A stretch of 64,000 nucleotides of DNA. Source: Clostridia bacterium. Lineage in GTDB: Bacteria; Bacillota; Clostridia; Christensenellales; UBA1242. The notes beneath the pieces were generated by a model. It had not been told where the DNA came from, searched no databases, and saw only the letters and a program-made list of their open reading frames with translations. This document shows positions 41,407-50,545 of this stretch, in pieces (the first letter of the stretch is position 1; each line of letters begins with the position of its first letter). Location: positions 12,554 through 76,553 of the forward strand of contig JBNMHO010000003.1 in NCBI GenBank assembly GCA_050872785.1, in the 5' to 3' direction. The position numbers and the translations under genes were made by a program.

Positions 41407-42456
41407 ATGGAACTTATTATTGATACAAGTTCAGATGAACTTATTGCTATTTTAAAAGATAAAGAAAAGGTGTTTCAGTCGGAAAAACTTCGTGGAAAAC
41501 ACCAAGAAACACTTTTGCCACAAATTGACTTGCTACTTAAAAACGCTAACAAAACTCCAAAAGATATTGACGTTTTTGGCGTTGTTGTGGGGCCAGGGTC
41601 TTTTACGGGTGTAAGGCTTGCAGTTTCCACAGTCAAAGCCTTTTGTTCCGTTTTTGACGCCAAAGTTGTTGGTATAAATATGCTTGACCTTTTGGGTGAA
41701 AAACTAAAAGACGGGCAAGCAGCCGCAATAAAATGCACCAGTCAAAAAGTTTATCTTGTAAGGAAAGAGCAGGGGGAACTTCATAAGTCCGTTTGCCTAA
41801 ACGAAGAAGTTTTGCCACTTGCAAAAACTCATAATCTTTTTGGCTTCAACATGGACAAAATTGGGGAAGAAACTCTGCCGCAAATTGCTTTAAGCACAGA
41901 CGATTATATTAACTTTGTTGAAAGAGAGATTAAACAAAACAATTTTGTTCCCGCTCAAAGACTTGAACCAGTGTATATGGCTCTTTCTCAAGCGGAAGAA
42001 GAGCTTTTGAAAAAGGAACACACACAAATTGTTTCTTTTGAAGAAAAATATGCAGAAGATATGTTTGAATTGCAAGACGCCGTCATGCCCGAACTTGATA
42101 AAATGTCAAAAAAGAGTTTTATGGCGGAATTTAAGGAAAAAACAAGAACATATTTTGTTGCAAAACGAGGTGACATTGTTGTAGGCTACATTGGGCTTTT
42201 GTCTTGCGACACCGACCAAAATATAGTTAGCATTGCCGTCAGAAAAGAACTTTGGGGACAGGGAATTGGAAGTGAACTTGTCTTGCGAGCAAAAAAATTT
42301 GCTGTGGAAAATGGCTACAAAACTTTATCGCTTGAAGTTGATGAAAAAAATGATAGAGCAGTTACTTTTTACAAAAAAATCGGCTTTGAAGTAACAAATA
42401 TTAGAAAAAAATATTATAAGGATAATGACGCCCTTGTGATGTTTTTAAAAATATGA
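41407..42456 (+). CDS. tsaB: TsaB-RimI fusion protein
   Basis: IDTS...GPGSFTGVR (TsaB), then IAV...GQGIG...LEVDEKN..A..FY...RKKYY..DAL (RimI GNAT). Confidence 0.9.
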   Translation: MELIIDTSSDELIAILKDKEKVFQSEKLRGKHQETLLPQIDLLLKNANKTPKDIDVFGVVVGPGSFTGVRLAVSTVKAFCSVFDAKVVGINMLDLLGEKLKDGQAAAIKCTSQKVYLVRKEQGELHKSVCLNEEVLPLAKTHNLFGFNMDKIGEETLPQIALSTDDYINFVEREIKQNNFVPAQRLEPVYMALSQAEEELLKKEHTQIVSFEEKYAEDMFELQDAVMPELDKMSKKSFMAEFKEKTRTYFVAKRGDIVVGYIGLLSCDTDQNIVSIAVRKELWGQGIGSELVLRAKKFAVENGYKTLSLEVDEKNDRAVTFYKKIGFEVTNIRKKYYKDNDALVMFLKI

Positions 42457-43196
42457 AATGTTATTTTGAGAATGTAGAAATAAACTATGAAATATTAAAA
42501 ACGGGGGAGATAGACACTCCCCTTGTTTTTTTGCATGGCTGGGGTGGCAGCACAAAAAGTTTTGAATATTTTGCAAAAGAAATGAGTGAATTTCGCACAT
42601 GCGTCCTCATTGACTTCCCGCCATTTGGCAAATCTGGAAGTTTTGATACGTCTTGGGATATTGACAAATATACAAATTGTGTTTTGCAAGTTTTAAAAGA
42701 TATTGGGACAAAAAAATGTGACATTGTAGCACATTCCTTTGGCGGCAGGGTTGCCCTTCAAATGGCTGGGAAAACTGACATAGTCAGACGTATGCTTCTC
42801 ACTGGCTGTGCGGGGATAAATCAAAAAAGTTTTAAAACAAAATGTAAAATTAGGATATATAAGTTTAAAAAGTTTTTATGCAAATGCGGGCTTTTATCAA
42901 AGTCAAAACTTTTGGGCAAGGGAAGTGAGGAATACAAAAACCTTTCGCCAATTATGAAGCAAACATTTAGAAATGTTGTAAACTATGATGAAAGATATTT
43001 GTTCAAAAATATTTCTTGCCCAACCCTTCTTGTTTGGGGAAAGAACGACACAGCAACCCCTTTTCGCTGGACAAAAATCTTTAAAAAACATATAAAAGAT
43101 TGTGAAGTTATAAGTCTAGACGGCGACCACTTTGCTTATCTTCAAAATGCGAGCAAATTTCTTAAAATAATGCAATCTTTTTTGGCAAAAATATAA
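42453..43196 (+). CDS. Alpha/beta hydrolase
   Basis: FLHGWG, AHSFGG, WGKND, H near C-terminus. Confidence 0.92.
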   Translation: MKCYFENVEINYEILKTGEIDTPLVFLHGWGGSTKSFEYFAKEMSEFRTCVLIDFPPFGKSGSFDTSWDIDKYTNCVLQVLKDIGTKKCDIVAHSFGGRVALQMAGKTDIVRRMLLTGCAGINQKSFKTKCKIRIYKFKKFLCKCGLLSKSKLLGKGSEEYKNLSPIMKQTFRNVVNYDERYLFKNISCPTLLVWGKNDTATPFRWTKIFKKHIKDCEVISLDGDHFAYLQNASKFLKIMQSFLAKI

Positions 43197-43249
43197 AATC
43201 ATTAACTTTTGGTTTGAATATACAAAAAATAGTGCTAAAATAAAGCGAG

Positions 43250-44881
43250 GTGAAAATGAATTTTCTTGCAGTTGATAACATTCATTTGTATATAACGATT
43301 GTCCTGTCGCTCCTAAACGGAGTGCTTATGTGCTTTGCTTCATACAAATATTTTCAAATTATCCAACTTTCTGGCTATAAACTCAAAGGCTACTTCAGTT
43401 GGCTTAGGGAAACAAAGTGGAGTTACGCTTTAAGAATGGTGCTTTTAAGTTTGCTTAGTGGCTTTTGCGTGCTTGTAACAAATGCACTTTTCAATGTCTA
43501 TCACAAGCAAGCGTTATACTCATATATCGGGCTGATATTTTATTTCTATTTTGCAATCGTATTCATAAAAGCCCTTTACAACGCTCCAAAGAAAATTCCA
43601 CTTAAAAACACCACCCGCATGACAAGACTTAATGTTGCAATGTTCATTTTCGTAAGTTTGTTTTCGTTTGCAGTCGTTTGGGCGTCATTTCAACACCTAA
43701 ATTTTGTAAAGTTCGGTGCCTTGTGTTTTGTGCCAGCGTTTGTTGTGTTTATTGTTCCTATCGTGCATATTATTATGCTTCCACTTGAAAAACTTATTGT
43801 TGCAAGATATCTTCACAGTGCAAAAAGAAAACTTGCCAAACGCCAAGACTTAATTAAAATTGGTGTCACTGGAAGTTATGCAAAAACAAGTGTAAAATAC
43901 ATCTTAAACACAATTTTATCTCAAAAATACAAAGTCTGCATGAGCCCTCAAAGTTTTAACACCCAAACGGGACTTAGCAAAGTGGTGAATAACTATCTTA
44001 CAGACCTAGACCAAGTTCTTATTGCCGAAATGGGAGCAAGGAGCAAGGGAGATATCAAAAAACTTTGCAAACTTATCTCGCCAAAATATGGGATAATAAC
44101 GGGAATTTCACCACAACACCTTTTAACTTTTAAGTCATTGGATAACATAAAGAAAACAAAATTTGAACTGGTGGAAAGTCTGCCAAGTGACGGAACTTGT
44201 GTGTTTAATGGCTTTGACAGCGAAGTCTGCGACATGTATTCATGGACAAATTTAGAGAAAAAATATCTTGTTGGAAAAGACAAAGACCTTGCTGCAAAAG
44301 ACATTACATTCGACCAAGATGGCACAAAATTTACCCTTGTTATGGGTAAAAAAGAGTATAAAGTTTCAACAAAACTTTTGGGCGAACACAATGTCCAAAA
44401 CATATTGCTCTGTGTCAAAATGGCAAAATGCCTCGACCTTGACGACAAACAAATTATTGCTGGAATTGAGTCCTTGCAACCAGTGCCACACCGACTTGAA
44501 ATTATAAAAACTCCAACAAACATTATCCTTGACGACTCATTCAATGCAAATGTCCGTGGCAGCAAAATAGCCCTTGACGTGTTGAGCAAACTTCCGGGCA
44601 GAAAAGTTGTCATAACCCCAGGACTTGTGGAACTGGGAGAAAAAGAATATGAAGAAAACTTCGCCTTTGGTGCAGAAATCGCAAAAATATCTGACTTTGT
44701 AATTATCGTAAACAAAGTGAACTTTGAAGCAATTAAAGCAGGGCTTGACAGCGAGAACTTTAAGGAAGAAAATATCTTCCAAGCCGAAACCCTAGACCAA
44801 GCCAAAATACTTATGAAAGATTTTCTCGCCCCCGGCGACACCATTCTCTTTGAAAACGACCTCCCAGACAACTATATCTAA
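43250..44881 (+). CDS. murF: UDP-MurNAc-tripeptide:D-Ala-D-Ala ligase with N-terminal TM domain
   Basis: GVTGSYAKT, EMGA, DDSFNAN, ENDLPD. Confidence 0.88.
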   Translation: MKMNFLAVDNIHLYITIVLSLLNGVLMCFASYKYFQIIQLSGYKLKGYFSWLRETKWSYALRMVLLSLLSGFCVLVTNALFNVYHKQALYSYIGLIFYFYFAIVFIKALYNAPKKIPLKNTTRMTRLNVAMFIFVSLFSFAVVWASFQHLNFVKFGALCFVPAFVVFIVPIVHIIMLPLEKLIVARYLHSAKRKLAKRQDLIKIGVTGSYAKTSVKYILNTILSQKYKVCMSPQSFNTQTGLSKVVNNYLTDLDQVLIAEMGARSKGDIKKLCKLISPKYGIITGISPQHLLTFKSLDNIKKTKFELVESLPSDGTCVFNGFDSEVCDMYSWTNLEKKYLVGKDKDLAAKDITFDQDGTKFTLVMGKKEYKVSTKLLGEHNVQNILLCVKMAKCLDLDDKQIIAGIESLQPVPHRLEIIKTPTNIILDDSFNANVRGSKIALDVLSKLPGRKVVITPGLVELGEKEYEENFAFGAEIAKISDFVIIVNKVNFEAIKAGLDSENFKEENIFQAETLDQAKILMKDFLAPGDTILFENDLPDNYI

Positions 44882-44884
44882 CCC

Positions 44885-44911
44885 AAAAGACTAGACCTTC
44901 TAGTCTTTTTT
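44885..44911 (+). terminator. Intrinsic terminator after murF
   Basis: aaaagactaga-cct-tctagtctttttt. Confidence 0.75.
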
Positions 44912-44963
44912 CTAAACATTTTGGCGGGCTGTTTCATATATAAAGCCAAAGGACGGGAAAGAT

Positions 44964-46112
44964 ATGAAACAGAATGTTGTGGTGTTGTTTGGCGGGGTGA
45001 GTGTTGAACATGATATTTCAATTATAACTGGTTCGCAAGTGCTTGCAAATTTGGATAGGGAAAGGGACAATATTATTCCAATATACATTTCAAAAGACGG
45101 CAGATTTTTGACGGACGAAAACTTTTGGGATGTTACATATTTTGCAAAAGAACAAAACTTCTCTAAGGCGAAGCAAGTGTTTTTTGCTGCGGGCGGGAAT
45201 TTGTTTTGCATAAAGGGCAAAAAGGCAAAACTTTTATGTAAGGTAGATTTTGCATATCTTGCACTTCATGGCGGAATGGGGGAAAGCGGCTCTGTTCAGG
45301 GACTTCTTGATTGTGCTGGGGTGAAATATTCCAGTTGCGACAGTTTTGCAAGCGGTGTTTGCATGAACAAATTTTGCACCAAAGTTCTAGCAAAAGAGCA
45401 AAAAATACCTGTAGCAAAGGGCATTTTGTTATCTTCAGATGACAAAAATATTTCTGTAAGCGACCTATCTGAGCGGGTTAAGGGGCTTAATTATCCAATA
45501 GTTGTAAAGCCAAACAATCTTGGCAGCAGCATCGGCATAACCTTTTGCAAAGACGAGGAAATGTTGCATGGGGCGGTGACTTTCGCTTTCTTATTTGACA
45601 CAGAAGTTCTGTGCGAGGAAGCAGTCTGCAACTTGAGAGAACTCAACATTGCTTGTCTGGGCTCGGGTGAGATGTGCGAATGTTCTCTTGTTGAAGAAGT
45701 GACACCGAACAAAGATTTCTTAACTTTTGAAAACAAATATCTTGGTGGCGGCAAGGGCATGGAATCGCAAAAGCGAATTGTGCCAGCAAGCGTTTCAAAA
45801 AAGATATTGAATAGGATAGAAATTTATGCAAAGAGAATGTTTAAGGTGGTCAAAATGAAGGGCTGCGTGCGAATGGACTTTTTGATGGATGAAAAGACAG
45901 AAACAGTCTATCTTAATGAGGTCAATCCAATCCCTGGCTCGCTGGCGAATTATCTTTGGGGGAATAAGGGCTATTCTTTCCAAAATTTGCTCGAAAAAAT
46001 GAAGGACTACGCCGACATGGACTATGAGGAAAAGGAGAAAAAGATAACTCAATTTTCTTCTTCCGTTTTGAAAAACTTTTCTGGGTGCGATGGGGACAAA
46101 TTCGGGAAATAA
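44964..46112 (+). CDS. ddl: D-alanine--D-alanine ligase
   Basis: FGGVSVEHDIS, HGGMGE.G, GSSIG, NEVNPIPG. Confidence 0.93.
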   Translation: MKQNVVVLFGGVSVEHDISIITGSQVLANLDRERDNIIPIYISKDGRFLTDENFWDVTYFAKEQNFSKAKQVFFAAGGNLFCIKGKKAKLLCKVDFAYLALHGGMGESGSVQGLLDCAGVKYSSCDSFASGVCMNKFCTKVLAKEQKIPVAKGILLSSDDKNISVSDLSERVKGLNYPIVVKPNNLGSSIGITFCKDEEMLHGAVTFAFLFDTEVLCEEAVCNLRELNIACLGSGEMCECSLVEEVTPNKDFLTFENKYLGGGKGMESQKRIVPASVSKKILNRIEIYAKRMFKVVKMKGCVRMDFLMDEKTETVYLNEVNPIPGSLANYLWGNKGYSFQNLLEKMKDYADMDYEEKEKKITQFSSSVLKNFSGCDGDKFGK

Positions 46113-46203
46113 CACTTAATACAAAAATTGGGAAACATGATTTTCGTTGATTTTTGTTGTAAATTTGTGCAATTTATTGTATCATTTTACAAAAGGAAAA
46201 AAA

Positions 46204-47049
46204 ATGAGAGTTTTGCAAGAGAAAAACAGAATTATTGTTGAAAGCGAAGACGATTTTGACATAAAGCAAATTTTGGAATGTGGGCAAGTCTTTAGTTTTT
46301 ACAAAAGGGACAACGGATACATAGTCACAAGCATGGATAAGGTGGCACGCATAACTCTTTGTGGAGATAAGACAATTATTGATACAAGTGACATTGACTA
46401 TTTTTACAACTATTTTGACCTCGGCACAGATTATGGCAAAATTAGGTCTAAAATTAAGGAATATTATCCCAATTTTGACAAATATTTTGCTGGCGGAAGG
46501 GATATTCGCATTTTGCACCAAAACCCATTTCAAACAATTATTAGTTTTATCGTTTCGGCAAATAACAACATTGCAAGAATTAAGAAAATATTAAACAACA
46601 TATCTTTTAAGTTTGGCAAAAAACTTGAAGATGAAATTTATTCATTCCCAACATTGCAAGCACTAAAAAGTGCTAGAGAAGAAGACTTTGCGGCTGCTGG
46701 GGCGGGTTATAGAAGTGAATATCTTGTTAAAACTATAGAAATGTTGCAAGAAGATAGATATAGCATAAAAAATATGGAAAAATTGCCAACAAATGATCTT
46801 AGAGAACGGCTTATGGAACTTAAAGGGGTTGGCGGAAAAGTGGCAGATTGCATACTATTTTTTGGCTTTGGGCGAAGTGACAGTTTTCCAGTGGATACGT
46901 GGATAAGAAGGGCTTATCTTCTTTTTTGCAGCAAGCCTAGGACGGATAAGGAAATTTCAAAATATTTCTTGCAGATTTTTAGAGAAGTTTCGGGCTATGC
47001 ACAACAATATATCTTCAACTACATGATAAATTACAAACAAGCGGCATAA
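46204..47049 (+). CDS. 8-oxoguanine DNA glycosylase (Ogg)
   Basis: ECGQVF, SANNNI, GVGGKVADC, FPVDTW, GYAQQY. Confidence 0.92.
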   Translation: MRVLQEKNRIIVESEDDFDIKQILECGQVFSFYKRDNGYIVTSMDKVARITLCGDKTIIDTSDIDYFYNYFDLGTDYGKIRSKIKEYYPNFDKYFAGGRDIRILHQNPFQTIISFIVSANNNIARIKKILNNISFKFGKKLEDEIYSFPTLQALKSAREEDFAAAGAGYRSEYLVKTIEMLQEDRYSIKNMEKLPTNDLRERLMELKGVGGKVADCILFFGFGRSDSFPVDTWIRRAYLLFCSKPRTDKEISKYFLQIFREVSGYAQQYIFNYMINYKQAA

Positions 47050-47225
47050 CAAAGTGCGAAGAATGTCGAAAAAAAGTGGAGAAAAATCAATCAATTTATT
47101 TTTTTATTGACCTTTTGTGTGATAAACTAAAGTGTCGAAAGTCAAAATAGGGAAATTTATCTTAAATGACTTTTGGCAAAAACTTATGAAAAAAATTTCT
47201 TGAAACACACAAAGGAGGTTTCAAC

Positions 47226-47729
47226 TTGAAAACAAATATTGTCCTTGTTGGACTTTATGACAAGATGACAAAATCTGTTGCAAAACGGCTGGCTGACGAT
47301 TTTGATATGTATCTTGCCGATTTGGTGGAAATTGTAAAATATAACTTAATGAATGAAGAAGAAATTGAGAAAATTTGTGGCGTGCAATATCTAAACAAGC
47401 AAAAAGCAAAAGTTGTGGGTGATGTTGCAAGTTATGAAAACTCTGTTATCCATTTGCCATATTCCATTTTTTCTGAAGGGGAAAACTCGGACAAGTTTAA
47501 AAAAAATGGCACAACAATTTTTTTAAAACTATCTCTTTCTGCTTTCAAAAAACTTCTTGACAAGGACAAAACAATGTCAAGTGACGAAAAGAAACTTGCA
47601 TTGATTGTTTTTGAAGATAGGACAGTTTTGGGGAAGAAAATGTGCGATTTGACGGTGGAAGTTGACTCGCCAGACTATTTGACGGCTTACAAAAGGACGA
47701 GAAAAGCCTTGGACAACTTTCTTTTGTAA
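47226..47729 (+). CDS. Shikimate-kinase-like protein with degenerate P-loop
   Basis: MKTNIVLVG...AKRLA...D, GTTIFL, R...CDLTV layout but no GxxxxGK[ST]. Confidence 0.55.
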   Translation: MKTNIVLVGLYDKMTKSVAKRLADDFDMYLADLVEIVKYNLMNEEEIEKICGVQYLNKQKAKVVGDVASYENSVIHLPYSIFSEGENSDKFKKNGTTIFLKLSLSAFKKLLDKDKTMSSDEKKLALIVFEDRTVLGKKMCDLTVEVDSPDYLTAYKRTRKALDNFLL

Positions 47730-47812
47730 AAATTTGATTTTTGCAAAAACTAATAGTAAAATTATGTGTAAATATGCGAAAAATGTAGAAAAATGTAAAA
47801 TGTGAGGAAAAA

Positions 47813-49750
47813 ATGAACGAAACATTGGTTAATTATTTAAGAGTTACATCTTGCCTTGAAATTGAAAAAGCGGGTTCTGGACACCCAGGGGTTTGCCTTG
47901 ACGGGGCTCCCATTGCCTTTTCCATTTTTAAAAATGCCAAAAGAGATTGCAAAAACCCTAGGTGGGGAAATAGGGATAGAATTGTCTTTTCCGCAGGGCA
48001 TGCAAGCGCACTTGTGTATGCGTGTCTAAATCTTTTTGGCTATGACATGACTATTTCAGACTTGCAAAGTTTTAGGCAACTTGGCTCAAAGTGTAAGGGT
48101 CACCCAGAGGTGGACATTCCAGGTGTTGACGCCACAACGGGACCGCTTGGACAAGGTGTTGGCATGGCAGTTGGCATGGCGGTTGCAGAAGAATATTTAA
48201 GGGGCAAATTCGCCCATGGGAATTTAAGCCCTATTGACCACTACACCTATTGCTTTGTTGGTGACGGCGACCTTATGGAAGGTGTGGCACAAGAGGCAAT
48301 AAGTTTCGCTGGCACACAAAAGTTATCTAGACTTATCCTTTTGTATGACAAAAACGACATCACAATCGAGGGTTCAACCAACTTTTCAAATAGGGAAAAT
48401 GTAAAACAAAAGTTTATTTCTATGGGTTGGAATGTTTTTGAAGTGGAAAACGGCAACAGTGTGGAAGAAATAGACAGTGCTATTTTGCAAGCCAAAAAAA
48501 GTGACAGACCAAACATCATAATTGTCAAAACAAGAATTGGCTTTGGCAGTGAACTTGAAGGGACAGCAGCAGTTCATGGAAAACCATTAAACAAAGAACA
48601 AATTGAGCATTTACGCCAAAATCTTGGATATTTTGTGCCAGATTGGACTTTAAGTGACGCACAAAAAGAAGAAATGGAAAGAATCCTCTTGCAAAAGCAA
48701 CAAGAAGTGAAATTGTATAACGAAAACATGGACGAATACAAAAGAAAATTCCCAAAAGATTATGCCGAGTATCAAAATATGATAAGTTCGCCTGTGGTGG
48801 AACTTTCAACCTTAATAGAAAAAACGGGGGATAAATTTGACGGCAGAAAGGTGCTGGGGAATGTGCTTAACAAGGTTTATGGCATTGTCCCTATGCTAAG
48901 TTTATGTGCCGACCTCACTCCTTCAACTAAAACAAATGTCGTGGACGGTGGCAACTTTTGTGTGGATAACAGAACAGGCAGAAACGTTATGCTAGGGATA
49001 AGGGAACACGCCATGGGCGCTGTGTGCAATGGAATTGTTTTGAGTGAGCTACCCGCACTTTGCTCAACTTTTATGTCTTTTGCAAACTACATGACTCCAG
49101 CAATAAGACTTAGTACAATGATGTCTGTTCCAACACTATATGTCTTTACGCACGACTCAATATTGGTGGGCGAGGACGGACCAACTCACGAGCCTATTGA
49201 ACAAATTGCAACACTCAGAGCAATGCCAAATATAAATGTTTTCCGCCCATGCGGTGAGGAAGAACTTTTGGCAAGTTTGCAGTGTCATTTTGAAGGAAGA
49301 AAGCCTAGCGCAATCTTAATTTCCCGCAGTGCAGTTTGTGGGGTGAAAGACAACTTTTCAAAGGCACTTTACGGCGGTTACATTTTAAGTGACGCAAAAG
49401 ACTATGTCGCAACTTTAGTTTCTACGGGGACAGAAGTCAGTTTGTGCGAAAAGGTTAAAGAAAACCTTGCAAAAAAGGGAATAAACGTCAGAGTTGTCAG
49501 CATGCCTTGCGTGGAAGTTTTTGACAAACAAAGAAAGAGTTATAAAGATAAAGTTTTGGACGGGACAAAGCCTATTATCTGCGTGGAAGCAAGCAGTGAT
49601 AACGTGTGGCACAAGTTCGCTCAAAAGGAAGAATATGTCTTTACGTTAAAAACTTTTGGCGAAAGCGGAAAACTTGAAGATGTTTGCAAACATTTTGGGT
49701 TAGAAGAAAACTACTTAACAAAATATGTCGAAAAAGTAATTTTTAGTTGA
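47813..49750 (+). CDS. tkt: Transketolase
   Basis: SGHPG, TTGPLGQG, GDGDLMEG, GIREHAMG, GEDGPTH. Confidence 0.97.
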   Translation: MNETLVNYLRVTSCLEIEKAGSGHPGVCLDGAPIAFSIFKNAKRDCKNPRWGNRDRIVFSAGHASALVYACLNLFGYDMTISDLQSFRQLGSKCKGHPEVDIPGVDATTGPLGQGVGMAVGMAVAEEYLRGKFAHGNLSPIDHYTYCFVGDGDLMEGVAQEAISFAGTQKLSRLILLYDKNDITIEGSTNFSNRENVKQKFISMGWNVFEVENGNSVEEIDSAILQAKKSDRPNIIIVKTRIGFGSELEGTAAVHGKPLNKEQIEHLRQNLGYFVPDWTLSDAQKEEMERILLQKQQEVKLYNENMDEYKRKFPKDYAEYQNMISSPVVELSTLIEKTGDKFDGRKVLGNVLNKVYGIVPMLSLCADLTPSTKTNVVDGGNFCVDNRTGRNVMLGIREHAMGAVCNGIVLSELPALCSTFMSFANYMTPAIRLSTMMSVPTLYVFTHDSILVGEDGPTHEPIEQIATLRAMPNINVFRPCGEEELLASLQCHFEGRKPSAILISRSAVCGVKDNFSKALYGGYILSDAKDYVATLVSTGTEVSLCEKVKENLAKKGINVRVVSMPCVEVFDKQRKSYKDKVLDGTKPIICVEASSDNVWHKFAQKEEYVFTLKTFGESGKLEDVCKHFGLEENYLTKYVEKVIFS

Positions 49751-49830
49751 TTAAATTTTATTTTAATGCTAAAATGCCTATGTAAGTCGAATAATGTAAA
49801 ATTTAAACTTTAGTTTTTGAAGGAGGGAAA

Positions 49831-50451
49831 ATGGCAGTCACAAATTCAAAAAAGAAATTGATAATTGCAGTATTTATGCTTTGCACGGCAATCGTTGGCT
49901 TTGTGGCAATGACTTTTTCTATCCTTGCTGCAACAACTCAACAAGTGCAGTCAGTTTTTTCTGTAACATACGCTGGCGACAACGTCTATGCAACTGTTTC
50001 TGGAACATATAGCATAAACGGCGGCACAGCAAGCAACCTAACTGCCACAGACGGCTCCACAAGCCTTGTTTTTACACCAGGAATGGGGCAAACTTCAAAA
50101 ACTCTTTCTTGCCCAGAAGTTGACCTGTCACCAGAAAATAGCTGCTTGTTCTTTGTGTATAAGTTTGAAAACAAAAACCCAAGCGGTGGATATGCAATGC
50201 AAGTTGCTTTTTCAGACGGCTCCACTTCCACAAACATGACAATTACATACTACGCCTCAACGACTTCCGTGCCAACATTGGCTCAAACAGAGGCTTCCAC
50301 CACGGGCAAAAACATAAGTCTTACAGTAAATGCACAATCAACTGGCTACATCGCCGTGTGCGTTAAGATAACGTCAGTTTACCTTGACGCAAGTTACCTC
50401 AGCACCGCTGCAAATGGTGTTTGTGCAACAATTTCAAGTTTAGCGTCATAA
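49831..50451 (+). CDS. Secreted S/T-rich beta protein; stand-alone paralogue of the N-terminal domain of 50546
   Basis: Signal helix + ATTQQVQSVFSVTY; shares NV..S.TY, QT.KTL, F.NKN, NMT..YY, ANG with 50546. Confidence 0.8.
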   Translation: MAVTNSKKKLIIAVFMLCTAIVGFVAMTFSILAATTQQVQSVFSVTYAGDNVYATVSGTYSINGGTASNLTATDGSTSLVFTPGMGQTSKTLSCPEVDLSPENSCLFFVYKFENKNPSGGYAMQVAFSDGSTSTNMTITYYASTTSVPTLAQTEASTTGKNISLTVNAQSTGYIAVCVKITSVYLDASYLSTAANGVCATISSLAS

Positions 50452-50466
50452 ATAACATTCAATCGC

Positions 50467-50493
50467 TTGACAATTCGACATAAATCTTATAAT
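50467..50493 (+). promoter_or_regulatory. Possible sigmaA promoter of gene 50546
   Basis: TTGACA followed by TATAAT (15-nt spacer, suboptimal). Confidence 0.4.
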
Positions 50494-50545
50494 CTATTGT
50501 ATATTTCAATGTGTAAATCAAAAGACTAAGGATAGGAGAGAAAGG

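Noticed and set aside
41407-42456. TsaB-RimI fusion as a novelty
   Set aside because: The genes are usually adjacent and such fusions are already known.
43993-44871. 292-aa antisense ORF (and similar shadows over ppdK, infB, era, uvrA)
   Set aside because: Fully overlaps well-supported genes on the opposite strand and has no recognisable motifs.
44964-46112. Possible D-Ala-D-Lac (vancomycin-resistance) ligase
   Set aside because: Omega loop reads FLTFENKY, retaining the Tyr after Lys typical of D-Ala-D-Ala ligases; no van genes adjacent.
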